NCBI GenBank assembly: GCA_963718665.1
Contig: OY970359.1
Location: 544,001 to 608,000, forward strand
Length of the DNA: 64,000 nt
DNA from: an uncultured Phycisphaerales bacterium
Lineage (GTDB): Bacteria; Planctomycetota; Phycisphaerae; Sedimentisphaerales; Anaerobacaceae
Reading direction: 5' to 3'
This document shows positions 19,914-30,333 of the stretch, piece by piece. Each line of letters begins with the position of its first letter. Positions within the stretch are counted from its first letter, which is position 1. Made by a program: the position numbers and the translations under genes. The notes below the pieces were generated by a model. The model was not told the DNA's origin. It worked only from the letters and a program-made list of their open reading frames with translations, and ran no database searches.

Positions 19914-20177
19914 TTGCCATTAGACGAACAAATTTCAAAACTCCAGGCAGAAATCAGTTACCTAAAGGTTCAATACGCTTCAAGCGATGAAGTCCTTAAT
20001 GAAGCTCGCGACCTCTATTCCCGTTGGCCAAACCTTGATCGTGCGGAAAAAAGGCAGATTATTGAGAACATAACTGAAAAAGTCGTTGTTGGCGAAAAAG
20101 ATATAACCATCAATCTATGCTATCTCCCTTTCTTTTCCGAAATGATGGCAGCTAAGACACGGCACGTTCCTGCTCCG
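19914..20177 (+). pseudogene. C-terminal remnant of a large serine recombinase
   Basis: Coiled coil then EARDLYSRWPNLDRAEKRQIIENITEKVVVGEKDITINLCYLP, resembling LSR tails; no catalytic N-terminus; reads into attR. Confidence 0.6.
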
Positions 20178-20328
20178 ATCTTCTCATGGCGATACGAAAG
20201 ACACGGCCGTTCTTCTCACGGCGATATGAAAAACACGTCCGTTTTGAGAATAAAAAGCAAACCTTAACGACCTGTGTTAGAATATAATCAATATGTTTTG
20301 ATTCAAAAACAAAAGGAAAGGACCGGTT

Positions 20329-21495
20329 ATGTGCACTGTGAAATTCATTAAAACAATTGTCTGTTTCATAATCGCTTTGTCGGCGTTAACATCCCCGGCA
20401 CAGGCCGAGGCCTGGAAATTCGGCGTTATGGGCGACACCCAGTGGACGTGTCCTAACGACCCGGCGGGCAAAAATCCCGACCGCGTCTCCAAATCAATCA
20501 TCGACCAGATAAACCGCCAGTTCATCGACGCCAGGGTAAAATTCGTAATCCAGGTCGGCGACCTGACGGAAACCGGCACCGACGCCGCCGAGACGGTCCG
20601 CGCTAATGCTTCCCAGCCACTTTATGACGCCGACATAGGATTCTTCCCTATGCGCGGCAACCACGAGACCTACTCCCCCATACCCAACGGCTACGCCATT
20701 GCGGCCTTGCAGTCGAATTACCCGCAGACACGAGGTATCAGCAACACCTTCGGCGCCGCCAATTTCAGCAGTCCGACCTCGGTCAGCGCCGATCTGAATG
20801 GCATGAGCTATTCCTTCGACTACGGCGACCCGTGCAACAACGCCCGTTTCGTCATCATCGATAATTGGGCGACGCCGAGTAAAGACGTTAAAGTCGCCGG
20901 CCTCAAAGATATCTATTACGGCTACTCCATCGGTGAGCAGCAGGCCTGGATAAGCAGCCGGCTTGACAAAAACACACGCGGCACTGAGCATGCGTTTGTT
21001 TTCTCCCACCAGCCCCTAATCGCAGAGAACCACCAGGATTCTCCTTTTATTGGCTACACGAACGCCAACCAGGAAATGCAGAATGCCTTCTTTGCCTGTC
21101 TGCAGAACAATGGCGTAAAATACTACATCTGCGGCCACGACCATATGCACCAGCGATCCATAATTACCAGTCCGGACAGCAACTCCCGCGTCGAAGAAAT
21201 AATCTGCGCATCCTGCAGCAGCAAATTCTACACCCCCAAAGACCCCAATGACTTCAGGTGGTATAGCCAGAAAGTCCGCGAGAAGTCCTTATCCAGGGAA
21301 ATAAAACATGTCGGCTACTATATCTTCACCATCGATGGACCGCGAGTGACCGTCGATTACTATTCCGACAACCATGGCAACTGGCAGTCGGACGCCGACT
21401 ACCCCAACGGCCCCAATGACGTTAACAACCAGATAACCCCCGCCTTCCATTTTGTTAAGAAAGAAACCTGGGGTTATACTCTCAGCGGAAAGTAG
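20329..21495 (+). CDS. Secreted calcineurin-like metallophosphoesterase
   Basis: GDTQ, GDL, RGNHE, FSHQP, GHDH; signal peptide. Confidence 0.88.
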   Translation: MCTVKFIKTIVCFIIALSALTSPAQAEAWKFGVMGDTQWTCPNDPAGKNPDRVSKSIIDQINRQFIDARVKFVIQVGDLTETGTDAAETVRANASQPLYDADIGFFPMRGNHETYSPIPNGYAIAALQSNYPQTRGISNTFGAANFSSPTSVSADLNGMSYSFDYGDPCNNARFVIIDNWATPSKDVKVAGLKDIYYGYSIGEQQAWISSRLDKNTRGTEHAFVFSHQPLIAENHQDSPFIGYTNANQEMQNAFFACLQNNGVKYYICGHDHMHQRSIITSPDSNSRVEEIICASCSSKFYTPKDPNDFRWYSQKVREKSLSREIKHVGYYIFTIDGPRVTVDYYSDNHGNWQSDADYPNGPNDVNNQITPAFHFVKKETWGYTLSGK

Positions 21496-21764
21496 CTCCT
21501 GATTTGGGCAAGGATGGCCATCAAACGTCGTTAAGAACATATTACAGGTTCTAACATCGTTCCGGAGGAGCGACTATTTCACACTATTTTTACGTTTGAT
21601 GTGTAAGAAGGTGATAGTCGAACAGATGAGCTTGCGCAAATGCGGTCAACTGTTCACCCTTCAGCTGTTCAAATTGCGGTATTGCAGGTTATGAGCGGCG
21701 TTTTTTTGTTAAAAAACCGCTTGCAGGGAGTCGATAATAGAGATTATAATAGGCGGCAGTTTGT

Positions 21765-21836
21765 GCGGGTGTAGCTCAGTGGTAGAGCGTCACGTTGCCA
21801 ACGTGGATGTCGTGAGTTCGAGCCTCATCACCCGCT
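21765..21836 (+). tRNA. tRNA-Gly(GCC)
   Basis: GCGGGTG/CACCCGC acceptor, TTGCCAA loop; TATAAT at 21745. Confidence 0.95.
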
Positions 21837-22109
21837 GTTAGTAAGTCGTGCCTCGTGGCTCGGCCCACGTGGCTCGTTTTTATCGAGCGACGAGTAACGA
21901 GAAACGAGCGATAGTTATGCATCAATGATGTATTGGTTTTACGCAACAAATTATAGTGTCGGCGAGTTACCGGCTAAATGAGTAGTTTGGCGTTGGTCGC
22001 CGACGCGTTTGGGCAACGAAATATGGAAAAAATGTGGCTGCGGGAATCAGGGTTCCTAATGCCATTTTTGTTTTGTATGAGCGTAAGCCCGGTACGATAG
22101 GAGAATAAC

Positions 22110-23627
22110 ATGGCAGAGCAACCACAGGAAACAACCCCAAAGAACACCGTAAAAATCGAACAGTCAGGCCCGTGCAAAAAGAAGGTCATTATCGAGGTCC
22201 CTCGTGAGACGATAACAAAGGCCACCGACGCCCAATACGAAACGCTGCGCAAAGACGCGCTGGTGCCGGGTTTCAGAAAAGGTCGTGCGCCGAAACGATT
22301 GCTGGAAAAGCGATTCGGCAAAGAAGTCGGCGAGCAGACAAAGCTGAAAATACTGGCAGAAGCGAGCGATTCGGCAATAAAGGACAACAAGCTGGATGTT
22401 TTGCGCGAGCCGGAGATTGATTATGAGAAGATAGAATTGCCCGCGGAAGACGCCCTGAAGTTCGAATTCGAGGTTGAGGTGCGTCCTGAGTTTGAGCTGC
22501 CAAATATCGAGGGCATACCGGTCGAGAAGCCAAAACACGTGGTAACCGAAGGAAACGTTGACAGGGAAATCGAGATGCTCTGCAAATACGCGGGGACGTG
22601 GACGCCTAAGGACAACGGCAAGGTTGAGCTTGAAGACCAGGTCGTCGCGGACGTGATGCTGAATATCGAGGGGCAGGAACAAAAAGTTGATAACACCGAA
22701 ATATACGCCAGGCCGAGCGGCTTTGTGGCGGAGGTGCCCGTCGAGAAATTGGACGAAATCATAGTTGGGGCAAAAACGGGAGACGTAAAGACCACGGAAG
22801 TGGAAGTGCCCAAGACATTCTTCAGAGAGGACCTGCGAGGCAAAAAGGTCAATATCAAGCTAACAATTAAGGACATCAAGTGGCTAAGACCAGCGGAACT
22901 GAATCAGGACACGATAAGCAAATACGGCGTGGCGACCGAGGAAGAGCTGCGAAAGGCGATTCGCGAAAAGCTTCAGAGCCGGCTCGAAGGCCAGGCGAAA
23001 AACGAGATGGCCGAGCAAATTTACAAATACCTGCTGGACAACACCAGCTTCGATTTGCCTTCAGACGTTGCCGCGGACCAAGCAGTCGCGTTATTACGAC
23101 GCCAGTATATCAACCTGATGATGCAGGGCATTGACAAAGAGCAGATTGACAAGAATATTGAGCAGTTGAAGGCGAACACCGAGCAGCAGGCAAAAGAACA
23201 GCTCAAGGTGTTCTTCATAATGGACAAAATCGCGGAAAAGTTGGATATAAAAACGACGGACGAGGAAATCAACGGGCATATCGCCCAGTTAGCCGTCCAG
23301 AAACACATCAGGCCCGAACGAATGAAAGAGGAAATGCAACGGGATGGTTCCCTCGAACAGTTCAAGCTTCAGGTCCGCGAACAAAAGTGTGTAGCCAAAC
23401 TGCTTGAGTCGGCGAAAATAACCGAAGTTGAGCCAAAGGCGCAAAAACCGAAAGCGGAAAAGGCCGAAACACCCAAGCACAGGAAAACGACCGAAAAAAC
23501 AGAGGTCAAACCTGCTAAAAAGGCCGAAACCGCGACAAAGCCGGCGCATCCCAAAAAAGCAAAAGCCGCGAATGAGGAAAAGCCGGCGAAAAAGACAAAG
23601 CCGACAACCCGAAAAAAGAAAACCTGA
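22110..23627 (+). CDS. tig: Trigger factor with Lys-rich C-terminal tail
   Basis: VPGFRKGRAP ribosome-binding motif; upstream of clpP. Confidence 0.93.
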   Translation: MAEQPQETTPKNTVKIEQSGPCKKKVIIEVPRETITKATDAQYETLRKDALVPGFRKGRAPKRLLEKRFGKEVGEQTKLKILAEASDSAIKDNKLDVLREPEIDYEKIELPAEDALKFEFEVEVRPEFELPNIEGIPVEKPKHVVTEGNVDREIEMLCKYAGTWTPKDNGKVELEDQVVADVMLNIEGQEQKVDNTEIYARPSGFVAEVPVEKLDEIIVGAKTGDVKTTEVEVPKTFFREDLRGKKVNIKLTIKDIKWLRPAELNQDTISKYGVATEEELRKAIREKLQSRLEGQAKNEMAEQIYKYLLDNTSFDLPSDVAADQAVALLRRQYINLMMQGIDKEQIDKNIEQLKANTEQQAKEQLKVFFIMDKIAEKLDIKTTDEEINGHIAQLAVQKHIRPERMKEEMQRDGSLEQFKLQVREQKCVAKLLESAKITEVEPKAQKPKAEKAETPKHRKTTEKTEVKPAKKAETATKPAHPKKAKAANEEKPAKKTKPTTRKKKT

Positions 23628-23771
23628 GCGTAAGAATATCCGATATTTAACAGAGCACAAGTGCAACAGTGCACAAAGGCAAAAGAGCACAAGTTGAAAA
23701 ATTACTTATTCCTTATGCACTTGTGACTTATGCTCTTGTGACTTACGACTTATGACTTATTAAGGAAAAAC

Positions 23772-24458
23772 TTGATGTTCAGCACAGGACCTGAAAAACA
23801 TATGATAATTGAGCCGAAGGGACAGTACCAGGACCAGTACGGGCCGGGAGGCGGTCATTACCAGCAATTTCGCCAGATGAGTTTGGATGATATGCTGCTG
23901 GAAAACCGGATTGTGTTCCTCATCGGCGAAATCAACTACGCCAGGGCTACCGAGGTAATAATGAAAATCCTTTACCTCGATAACCAGAAACGCAACACGG
24001 AAATCAGCTTGTATGTGAACTCGCCGGGAGGCAGCGTTGACGACACGATGGCGATATACGATACGATGCGGTTCGTAAGCTCTCCTATTGCTACTTATTG
24101 CATTGGTCGTGCGCAATCTGGCGGAGCGATAGTTCTCGCGGCGGGAACAAAAGGCAAGCGGTTTGCGCTGCCACATGCAAAGATTATGCTTCATCAGCCG
24201 TGGGGCGGAGTTTACGGCCAGGCGGCGGATATAAAGATTCAGGCCGAAGAAATCCTCAAGGCCAAGAAAATGCTTAACGAGCTGCTTGCCAAGCTCTCAG
24301 GCCAGCCCGTTGAAAAGATTATCGCGGAGACCGAAAGAGACAGGTATTTGACGGCGGACGAGGCGCTCGCATACGGACTCATCGACGAGGTCCTGGAGCT
24401 CGACGAGTCAGGCAAGAAAAAACCGGACGATAAGAAAACAGACGAGAAAAAACAATAA
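23772..24458 (+). CDS. clpP: Clp protease proteolytic subunit
   Basis: [24 protein letters not shown]; exact start uncertain. Confidence 0.92.
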   Translation: MMFSTGPEKHMIIEPKGQYQDQYGPGGGHYQQFRQMSLDDMLLENRIVFLIGEINYARATEVIMKILYLDNQKRNTEISLYVNSPGGSVDDTMAIYDTMRFVSSPIATYCIGRAQSGGAIVLAAGTKGKRFALPHAKIMLHQPWGGVYGQAADIKIQAEEILKAKKMLNELLAKLSGQPVEKIIAETERDRYLTADEALAYGLIDEVLELDESGKKKPDDKKTDEKKQ

Positions 24459-24478
24459 CCACTAAAGAAAGTGAAACT

Positions 24479-25111
24479 ATGGCAGTTGACCAGAACTTAG
24501 TTCCGATAGTAATTGAAAAAACAGGTCGCGGCGAACGGGCATACGATATTTACTCCCGGCTGCTTAGAGACAGAATCATTTTTCTGAGCGGGCCGATAGA
24601 TGATATTTCCGCCAACCTGATTATAGCTCAAATGCTGTTTTTGAGCAACGAGGACAGCAAGACGGACATTCATCTCTATATCAATTCGCCCGGCGGGTCA
24701 ATCTCGGCAGGACTGGCCGTTTACGACTGTATGCAGTTTTTACGCTGTGACGTGGCGACCTATTGCATAGGCCAAGCGGCGAGTATGGCTGCGGTATTGC
24801 TGGCGGGCGGCAAGGCGGGCAAACGATTCCTGCTCGCCAACAACAGGGTGCTGATTCATCAGCCGTTGATTTCGGGAGAGCTGATTGCCCCTGCGACGGA
24901 CCTTGAGATTGAGGCCAGGGAAATAATGCGTCTGCGCGAACGGCTATACACAATACTATCCAAACACACAGGCCAGTCAGCGGAAAAAATCGAGAAGGAC
25001 TGCGACAGGAACCTCTGGCTGGACGCGAATGAAGCGATAAAGTATGGTCTGGCGGACAGAATAATCCAAAAGGCGCCGGAAATGGTCAAATCGGCAGACA
25101 AGGAAAGCTAA
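24479..25111 (+). CDS. clpP: Clp protease proteolytic subunit (second paralogue)
   Basis: [26 protein letters not shown]. Confidence 0.95.
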   Translation: MAVDQNLVPIVIEKTGRGERAYDIYSRLLRDRIIFLSGPIDDISANLIIAQMLFLSNEDSKTDIHLYINSPGGSISAGLAVYDCMQFLRCDVATYCIGQAASMAAVLLAGGKAGKRFLLANNRVLIHQPLISGELIAPATDLEIEAREIMRLRERLYTILSKHTGQSAEKIEKDCDRNLWLDANEAIKYGLADRIIQKAPEMVKSADKES

Positions 25112-25113
25112 AT

Positions 25114-25766
25114 TTGAGAATTATGTTCTTAGTTCGTAGTTCATTGTTCGTTGTTTCATTAGTATCGCTGGCATTCGCGTTTGGATGCGATAGCGGCACA
25201 GCCGGAAAACCAACGTCTTCACAGCAGGTCCAGCAGCTTACCTCGCAAAATACAGAGCTTCAAAATCAGCTCGAACAGACCCAGGTGGAAAACGCCCAGC
25301 TATTAAAACAGGCGGAGTCACTTTCCAAACTGCCGGGGGATAAAAGGGCCGACGCGATATATCACCTCAAGTCGGTCAAAATCGGCAGGTTCACAAACTT
25401 TTATGATGACGACAAGACCCCGGCGCAACCGGAAAGAAAAAGCTGGTCGTTTACGTTGAGCCGATTGATGAGACGGGCGACATCGTAAAGGCGGGCGGAG
25501 CTGTTGAGGTCCAGCTCTGGGACCTGAATAAAAAGGAAAATGAAGCCCGTTTAGCACAGTGGCAAGTTGAGCCGAATGAGCTTAAGACGCTCTGGCTGGG
25601 CGGGATGTTTTCGAGCAGCTACCGGCTGAGTTTTGATGCGGCCGGAATTGTTGACAAGTTCGACAAACCATTGACCGTAAAGGTCAACTTCACAGATTAC
25701 CTGTCGGGCATGACGTTCACAGAACAATTTATCATTCGCCCGCCACAACCCGCCAGCAAAAAATAA
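25114..25766 (+). CDS. Hypothetical lipoprotein, frameshifted near 25418
   Basis: Lipobox-like FAFGC and coiled coil; continues in another frame as KKKLVVYVEPIDETGDIVKAGG...PASKK* to 25766. Confidence 0.7.
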
Positions 25767-25959
25767 CCACCCCCCGCCGCTGTAATCATCTCCGCACCTG
25801 CCAAAATTCCTCAGAAACCAAAAATGAAATTCTCTGTATCCTCTGCCTACCCTGCCTGCCCCGGCAATCCGTAGGCCAGGGAGCAAGCGTAGCGCGTCGA
25901 AGGGTGGCTAAAAACTTCGTGTGTCTTCTTTTTCTCCGTGGTAAAGTAATTCGGCAATT

Positions 25960-27822
25960 ATGTCAAAAACGAAACTATCAAAACTATTATCAAAGCAGGT
26001 AGTTCTGGCTGACGGGGCGATGGGAACGATGCTCTACCAGTCAGGCGTCTATATCAACGCCTGCTTCGATGAGCTGAATCTCAGCAACCCCAAACTTGTA
26101 ACCAAAATCCACAAGCAATACGTCGAAGCCGGCGTTGACTTCATCGAGACCAACACCTTCGGCTCAAACGAGGTCAAGCTCGCTAAATATGGCCTGGCTG
26201 AACAAACCGAGAAAATAAACACCGCCGGTGTCAAAATCGCTAAACAGGCAGCAGGAGATAGCGTGTTGGTTGCTGGGGCTATCGGGCCTCTCGCACGCGA
26301 TATCGCCCTTTACAATCAAATATCCAAACAGCAGGCAATCTCCGCCTACAAAAAACAGGCCAAAGCGTTAGCAGATGCCGGCGCGGATTTCCTCATCCTC
26401 GAAACATTCTCGAATACTGATGAGCTAATACTGGCTATCGGGGCCGTATATAGCGTAACCGACCTCGAAATCGTCGCCCAGATGACCACTACCGAGCTAA
26501 ACGAGACGCCTTATGGCGAAAAAATCGACCAAGCAATCAGCCGAATCTCCGCTCAAAAAGGCGTAACTGCCGTGGGCCTCAATTGTTCCGTAGGCCCATC
26601 CGCGATGCTAAACGCCCTCGAACTAATCCACGCCGCCACCAATAAGCCCATTTCCGTCCAGCCAAACGCGGGGCTCCCCCGCCAGGTCGAAGACCGACTC
26701 CTTTATATGTCCACACCCGAATATATGGCGGAATTCGCAAAGCGATTCTACGAAAAAGGAGCACGAATCATCGGCGGCTGCTGCGGCACAACGCCCGACC
26801 ACATAAGAGAAATGGTTCGCGCAATCCGCGCAATCGACAAGGCCGCGACATCAAAGACACGATTGGGCGCTGTAACAATCGAAACACCAAAAATAACCGA
26901 AGTGCGCGAAACACCTCTGGCGGAAAAATCGAAGTTCGCGGCCAAACTCTCAAAAGGCCAAAAGGTAACCACCATCGAAATCACCCCGCCCAAAGGCCTC
27001 GATATCGACCCCATCCTCGAAAAAGCGAGGGCCTGTGCCGATATGGGTATCGACGCTATAAATATCCCCGACGGCCCACGCGCAAGCTCACGATTATCGC
27101 CAATGGTTACAGCCGTAAAAATCCAGCAGGCCGCCAACATCGAATCAATCCTGCACTTCTGCTGCCGCGACCGAAACCTCATCGGTATGCAATCCGACAT
27201 CCTCGGCGCATACGCTATCGGCCTTCGCAATATGCTCGTCATCACAGGCGACCCGCCAAAAATGGGCGACTATCCGCAGGCAACAGGCGTGTTCGATATG
27301 GATTCAATCACGCTGACGGGCGTAATCAGAAATCTCAACCGCGGGATTGACCTGGGCGGCAACCAGTTCAGCCCACCTACTTCGCTGGCGATAGGCGTCG
27401 GCGCAAACCCCGTCGCAACCGATATCAAACGCGAAATCGATAAATACCACCAGAAGGTCTTAGCGGGCGCGGAATTCGCAATCACCCAGCCCGTCTTTGA
27501 CGCTGATACGCTTTTGGGCTTCTTAGATTCGACTAAAAAATCGAAAATACCTGTCATTGCCGGTATCTGGCCCTTCACCAGTTTGAAAAACGCGGAATTT
27601 ATGGCAAATGAAGTCCCCGGCGTTGTAGTGCCCGCCAAATTATTGGAACGAATGAGCGCAGCAAAGACCCAGCAGCAGGGAAAAATCATCGGCGTTGAAA
27701 TCGCGAGGGAATTGATTGACCGGATTAACGACCGCGTCGCGGGATTCGCCGTGAGTGCACCCTTCGGCAACGTTAAAATAGCGCTGGCCGTCTTGGGCAA
27801 AATCGAAATCGATAAAATCTGA
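25960..27822 (+). CDS. Bifunctional homocysteine S-methyltransferase / methylenetetrahydrofolate reductase (YitJ-type)
   Basis: DGAMGT, GLNCSVGP, GGCCGT; C-terminal CRDRN, ITGDPP, ITQPVF. Confidence 0.9.
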   Translation: MSKTKLSKLLSKQVVLADGAMGTMLYQSGVYINACFDELNLSNPKLVTKIHKQYVEAGVDFIETNTFGSNEVKLAKYGLAEQTEKINTAGVKIAKQAAGDSVLVAGAIGPLARDIALYNQISKQQAISAYKKQAKALADAGADFLILETFSNTDELILAIGAVYSVTDLEIVAQMTTTELNETPYGEKIDQAISRISAQKGVTAVGLNCSVGPSAMLNALELIHAATNKPISVQPNAGLPRQVEDRLLYMSTPEYMAEFAKRFYEKGARIIGGCCGTTPDHIREMVRAIRAIDKAATSKTRLGAVTIETPKITEVRETPLAEKSKFAAKLSKGQKVTTIEITPPKGLDIDPILEKARACADMGIDAINIPDGPRASSRLSPMVTAVKIQQAANIESILHFCCRDRNLIGMQSDILGAYAIGLRNMLVITGDPPKMGDYPQATGVFDMDSITLTGVIRNLNRGIDLGGNQFSPPTSLAIGVGANPVATDIKREIDKYHQKVLAGAEFAITQPVFDADTLLGFLDSTKKSKIPVIAGIWPFTSLKNAEFMANEVPGVVVPAKLLERMSAAKTQQQGKIIGVEIARELIDRINDRVAGFAVSAPFGNVKIALAVLGKIEIDKI

Positions 27823-27942
27823 CAAAGGATTTCACCGCATGGCTTGGCCATCCCTTGCGGGAGAGAACGCTGAGAACGCAGAGTTTCTTAGACACGGATT
27901 AACACGGATTTACACTGTTTTATGCATAGCAAAGGAACTGGT

Positions 27943-28557
27943 ATGCAAAAGCAAAACTTAGCGAGAGAACTGAGTGTTGAACTTATCGCGATAACGCCAG
28001 ACCCGCAGAAGGTAATCGAGCAGGCGGGAAGGACGTGCTATTTGAGTTTCGACAAGATGGACGACAATTCGCAGGCCGGCTTCATCAAACGCCTCATCAA
28101 AATGGGCCACGAATCACCGCTCGAACACGCATACGCGACTTTCAGAATCAAAAACTGCTCCCGCGCGATGACGCACCAATTAGTAAGACACCGCCTTATG
28201 GCTGTCTCACAGCAGTCCCAGCGATATTGCGACGAAGAGGAATTTACCTACGTTGTGCCTGAAAGTATGCCAGCAGAATTGGTTGACGAATTCCATAACG
28301 ATATGAAAACGATACAGGAAATGTATCGCAAATGGCGTGACAAAGGGCTAAAGAAAGAGGACGCCCGCTTCGTCCTGCCCAACGCCTGCACAAGCGAAAT
28401 CGTCGTCTCGGCCAATTTCCGTGAATGGCGGCATATCCTCACCGTCCGCACAGACAAAGGCGCACAATGGGAGATAAAAAAAGCGGCCCACCTGATTTTA
28501 GACACCCTGAAAAAACTCGCCCCGGCCTGCTTCGAGGATATTATTCCGGAAAAGTGA
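27943..28557 (+). CDS. thyX: FAD-dependent thymidylate synthase
   Basis: GHESPLEH, HQLVRHR...SQQSQRY, AQWEI. Confidence 0.95.
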   Translation: MQKQNLARELSVELIAITPDPQKVIEQAGRTCYLSFDKMDDNSQAGFIKRLIKMGHESPLEHAYATFRIKNCSRAMTHQLVRHRLMAVSQQSQRYCDEEEFTYVVPESMPAELVDEFHNDMKTIQEMYRKWRDKGLKKEDARFVLPNACTSEIVVSANFREWRHILTVRTDKGAQWEIKKAAHLILDTLKKLAPACFEDIIPEK

Positions 28558-28710
28558 TGCCACAGATAATATAGATTTTTAGCTACAGAGGACACAGAGA
28601 GCACAGAGAAAATAAAAGTTAAAATAATTGCTTTTATTTCCACTTTGACTATATACTGCCGCCTTAAGACCGGAAGATATGACTTTCGTGCTGTAATGGG
28701 AATGAGTATT

Positions 28711-29575
28711 ATGTCTCAAGATGATTCCAAGAAAAAAAAGGAACAAGATGGAATTAGCAAACATCCTAAATCACCTGCCTTCAACGTAATTCCGCAATAC
28801 CCCCGAAGTAATCGATTATCATTTAATAAGTTCTGATGGCGGCAAGCATTGGGAAAAACGCCCGGGCTTACTTAGTGCAATAATTTGTGGCACCAAACCA
28901 GAAGATTCAGACCCTGCCATTCATGCCATAATTGACCCAATTATCAAAAAAGTTGTATCAGAAAATGACAACCAATTATCTCAGAAACTACATGATTGCG
29001 TCCATAAGTTACATGGGGTCAAATATCATCTTGAGACAATCCAGAAGGAGATAGCAAAACGAGTCGATGAACTTCGAAAGAATTATTCGGCGGGATCCGG
29101 AGTTTCAACTGAAATAAAAAATCCCAGACTCGTATATGAAACCGAAGCTTTTCTATACCAAGTAAAAAGTAGTTTAGATCTCCTCGTTCAAGCTCTTGGC
29201 TCCCGAATCCCTCCACTTACATCGATGCCAACTTTCAAGAAAAAAACCGTTGACGGGGTAAAACATGCTGGAGGTGCCGTCATAGACGCTCTATCCAAAA
29301 ATGGCTTTCCTGCATTAGCTGAACTTTTTGAAAAATACAGATATCAATGGATTCAAAAGCTTGTTGATATGCGTGACACAGTGGCCCACTATAGCCAATT
29401 AAAAGGGTTCCATTGTTTTATTGAGGAGCCTTTTTTGGGTAAGGGACAAATAACTATTCATTTTCCAGCTATGCCGACAGGGGAGAGAGTAGATACCTAT
29501 TGCGAGGAAACATATAAAAATCTTTTAGACCTTTATAATACAGTGCTTAATATGATGCCTGATCGTAAAAAATGA
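28711..29575 (+). CDS. HEPN-domain protein, frameshifted at C-run ~28800
   Basis: After a one-base shift the frame is open to 29575 with EAFLYQVKSSLDLLVQ and MRDTVAH (RxxxxH). Confidence 0.65.
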
Positions 29576-29597
29576 TGCGTTGTTTTTTAGAGTTTGC

Positions 29598-29622
29598 CGT
29601 CGGGGTAAACCCCGACCTGCAA
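29598..29622 (+). repeat. REP-like hairpin, copy 1
   Basis: CGTCGGGGTAAACCCCGACCTGCAA. Confidence 0.7.
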
Positions 29623-29687
29623 TTTGCTTTCCTTTCCATTTTGACGATAGACTGTAATTTTATGGCAGGAAGAAACGGATATGGTAT

Positions 29688-30143
29688 ATGAACGAAGCTA
29701 ATCCAAATGAAAAGAGTGATTTGAAGTACAAGGTTTACCTTGAGGAAAGGAAATTCCTTGTAGATGCCGAACGTGAGCAATCCCAATCATTTGACAAAGC
29801 AATTTTGACGCTCGCAGGAGGTGCTTTTGGTATTTCACTAACTTTTATCAAGGATATTGTTTCAAATCATGAACCTGTTCAACTACCCTGGCTGATATTA
29901 GCTTGGATATGTTTCATTGTCAGTATGCTTTCCACGCTGATTTCGTTTTTGACAAGTCAAAAAGCATGTGCAACGCAAAGAGAAATACTTGAAGCATTGT
30001 ATTGTGATGAACAAGACAAAAAAAGTAATCACGAGAATACAGCAGCTGAACGGACAAGTTGGCTGAACTGGTTTTCAATATCAACTTTTATTATGGGCAC
30101 AATTTTCTTGGCGATATTCAGTATAGTTAATTTAATGACTTGA
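29688..30143 (+). CDS. Hypothetical 3-TM membrane protein
   Basis: SFDKAILTLAGGAFGISLTFI plus two more hydrophobic helices; AT-rich. Confidence 0.8.
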   Translation: MNEANPNEKSDLKYKVYLEERKFLVDAEREQSQSFDKAILTLAGGAFGISLTFIKDIVSNHEPVQLPWLILAWICFIVSMLSTLISFLTSQKACATQREILEALYCDEQDKKSNHENTAAERTSWLNWFSISTFIMGTIFLAIFSIVNLMT

Positions 30144-30157
30144 AAGGAGTAGATGAT

Positions 30158-30298
30158 ATGTCAGAACCAAAAAAAAGAATAGAAGAAAGGGGTTTTGTTC
30201 CGCCAAAGCCGCCTACAAAACCAGGTGGTGCTGAAACTGGCTATGTCCCGCCTAATCCACCAAGGCCGCCTACAAAACAATCAGACACAAAAAAATAA
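30158..30298 (+). CDS. Proline-rich micro-protein (46 aa)
   Basis: GAAAGGAG RBS; MSEPKKRIEERGFVPPKPPTKPGGAETGYVPPNPPRPPTKQSDTKK. Confidence 0.65.
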   Translation: MSEPKKRIEERGFVPPKPPTKPGGAETGYVPPNPPRPPTKQSDTKK

Positions 30299-30308
30299 GA
30301 GAACTCGT

Positions 30309-30333
30309 CGTCGGGGCAAGCCCCGACCTACAA
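30309..30333 (+). repeat. REP-like hairpin, copy 2
   Basis: CGTCGGGGCAAGCCCCGACCTACAA. Confidence 0.7.

Larger units (their letters stand above)
16351..20177. mobile_element. Degraded integrative island at tRNA-Ser 3' end
   Basis: 10-bp direct repeat TCCTGCTCCG at 16351-16360 and 20168-20177; AT-rich cargo; recombinase-like remnant at right end. Confidence 0.75.

Noticed and set aside
21585..21700. Minus-strand peptide-like fragment (IPQFEQLKGEQLTAFAQAHLFDYHLL)
   Set aside because: No start codon or RBS and no recognisable family; cannot be supported.
23772..25111. Inactive ClpR-like paralogue or novelty of the clpP pair
   Set aside because: Both retain Ser and His catalytic motifs; tandem clpP genes are common.
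29598..30333. Classical integron attC sites
   Set aside because: Hairpins are too short, lack RYYYAAC/GTTRRRY ends, and no intI is in the window.
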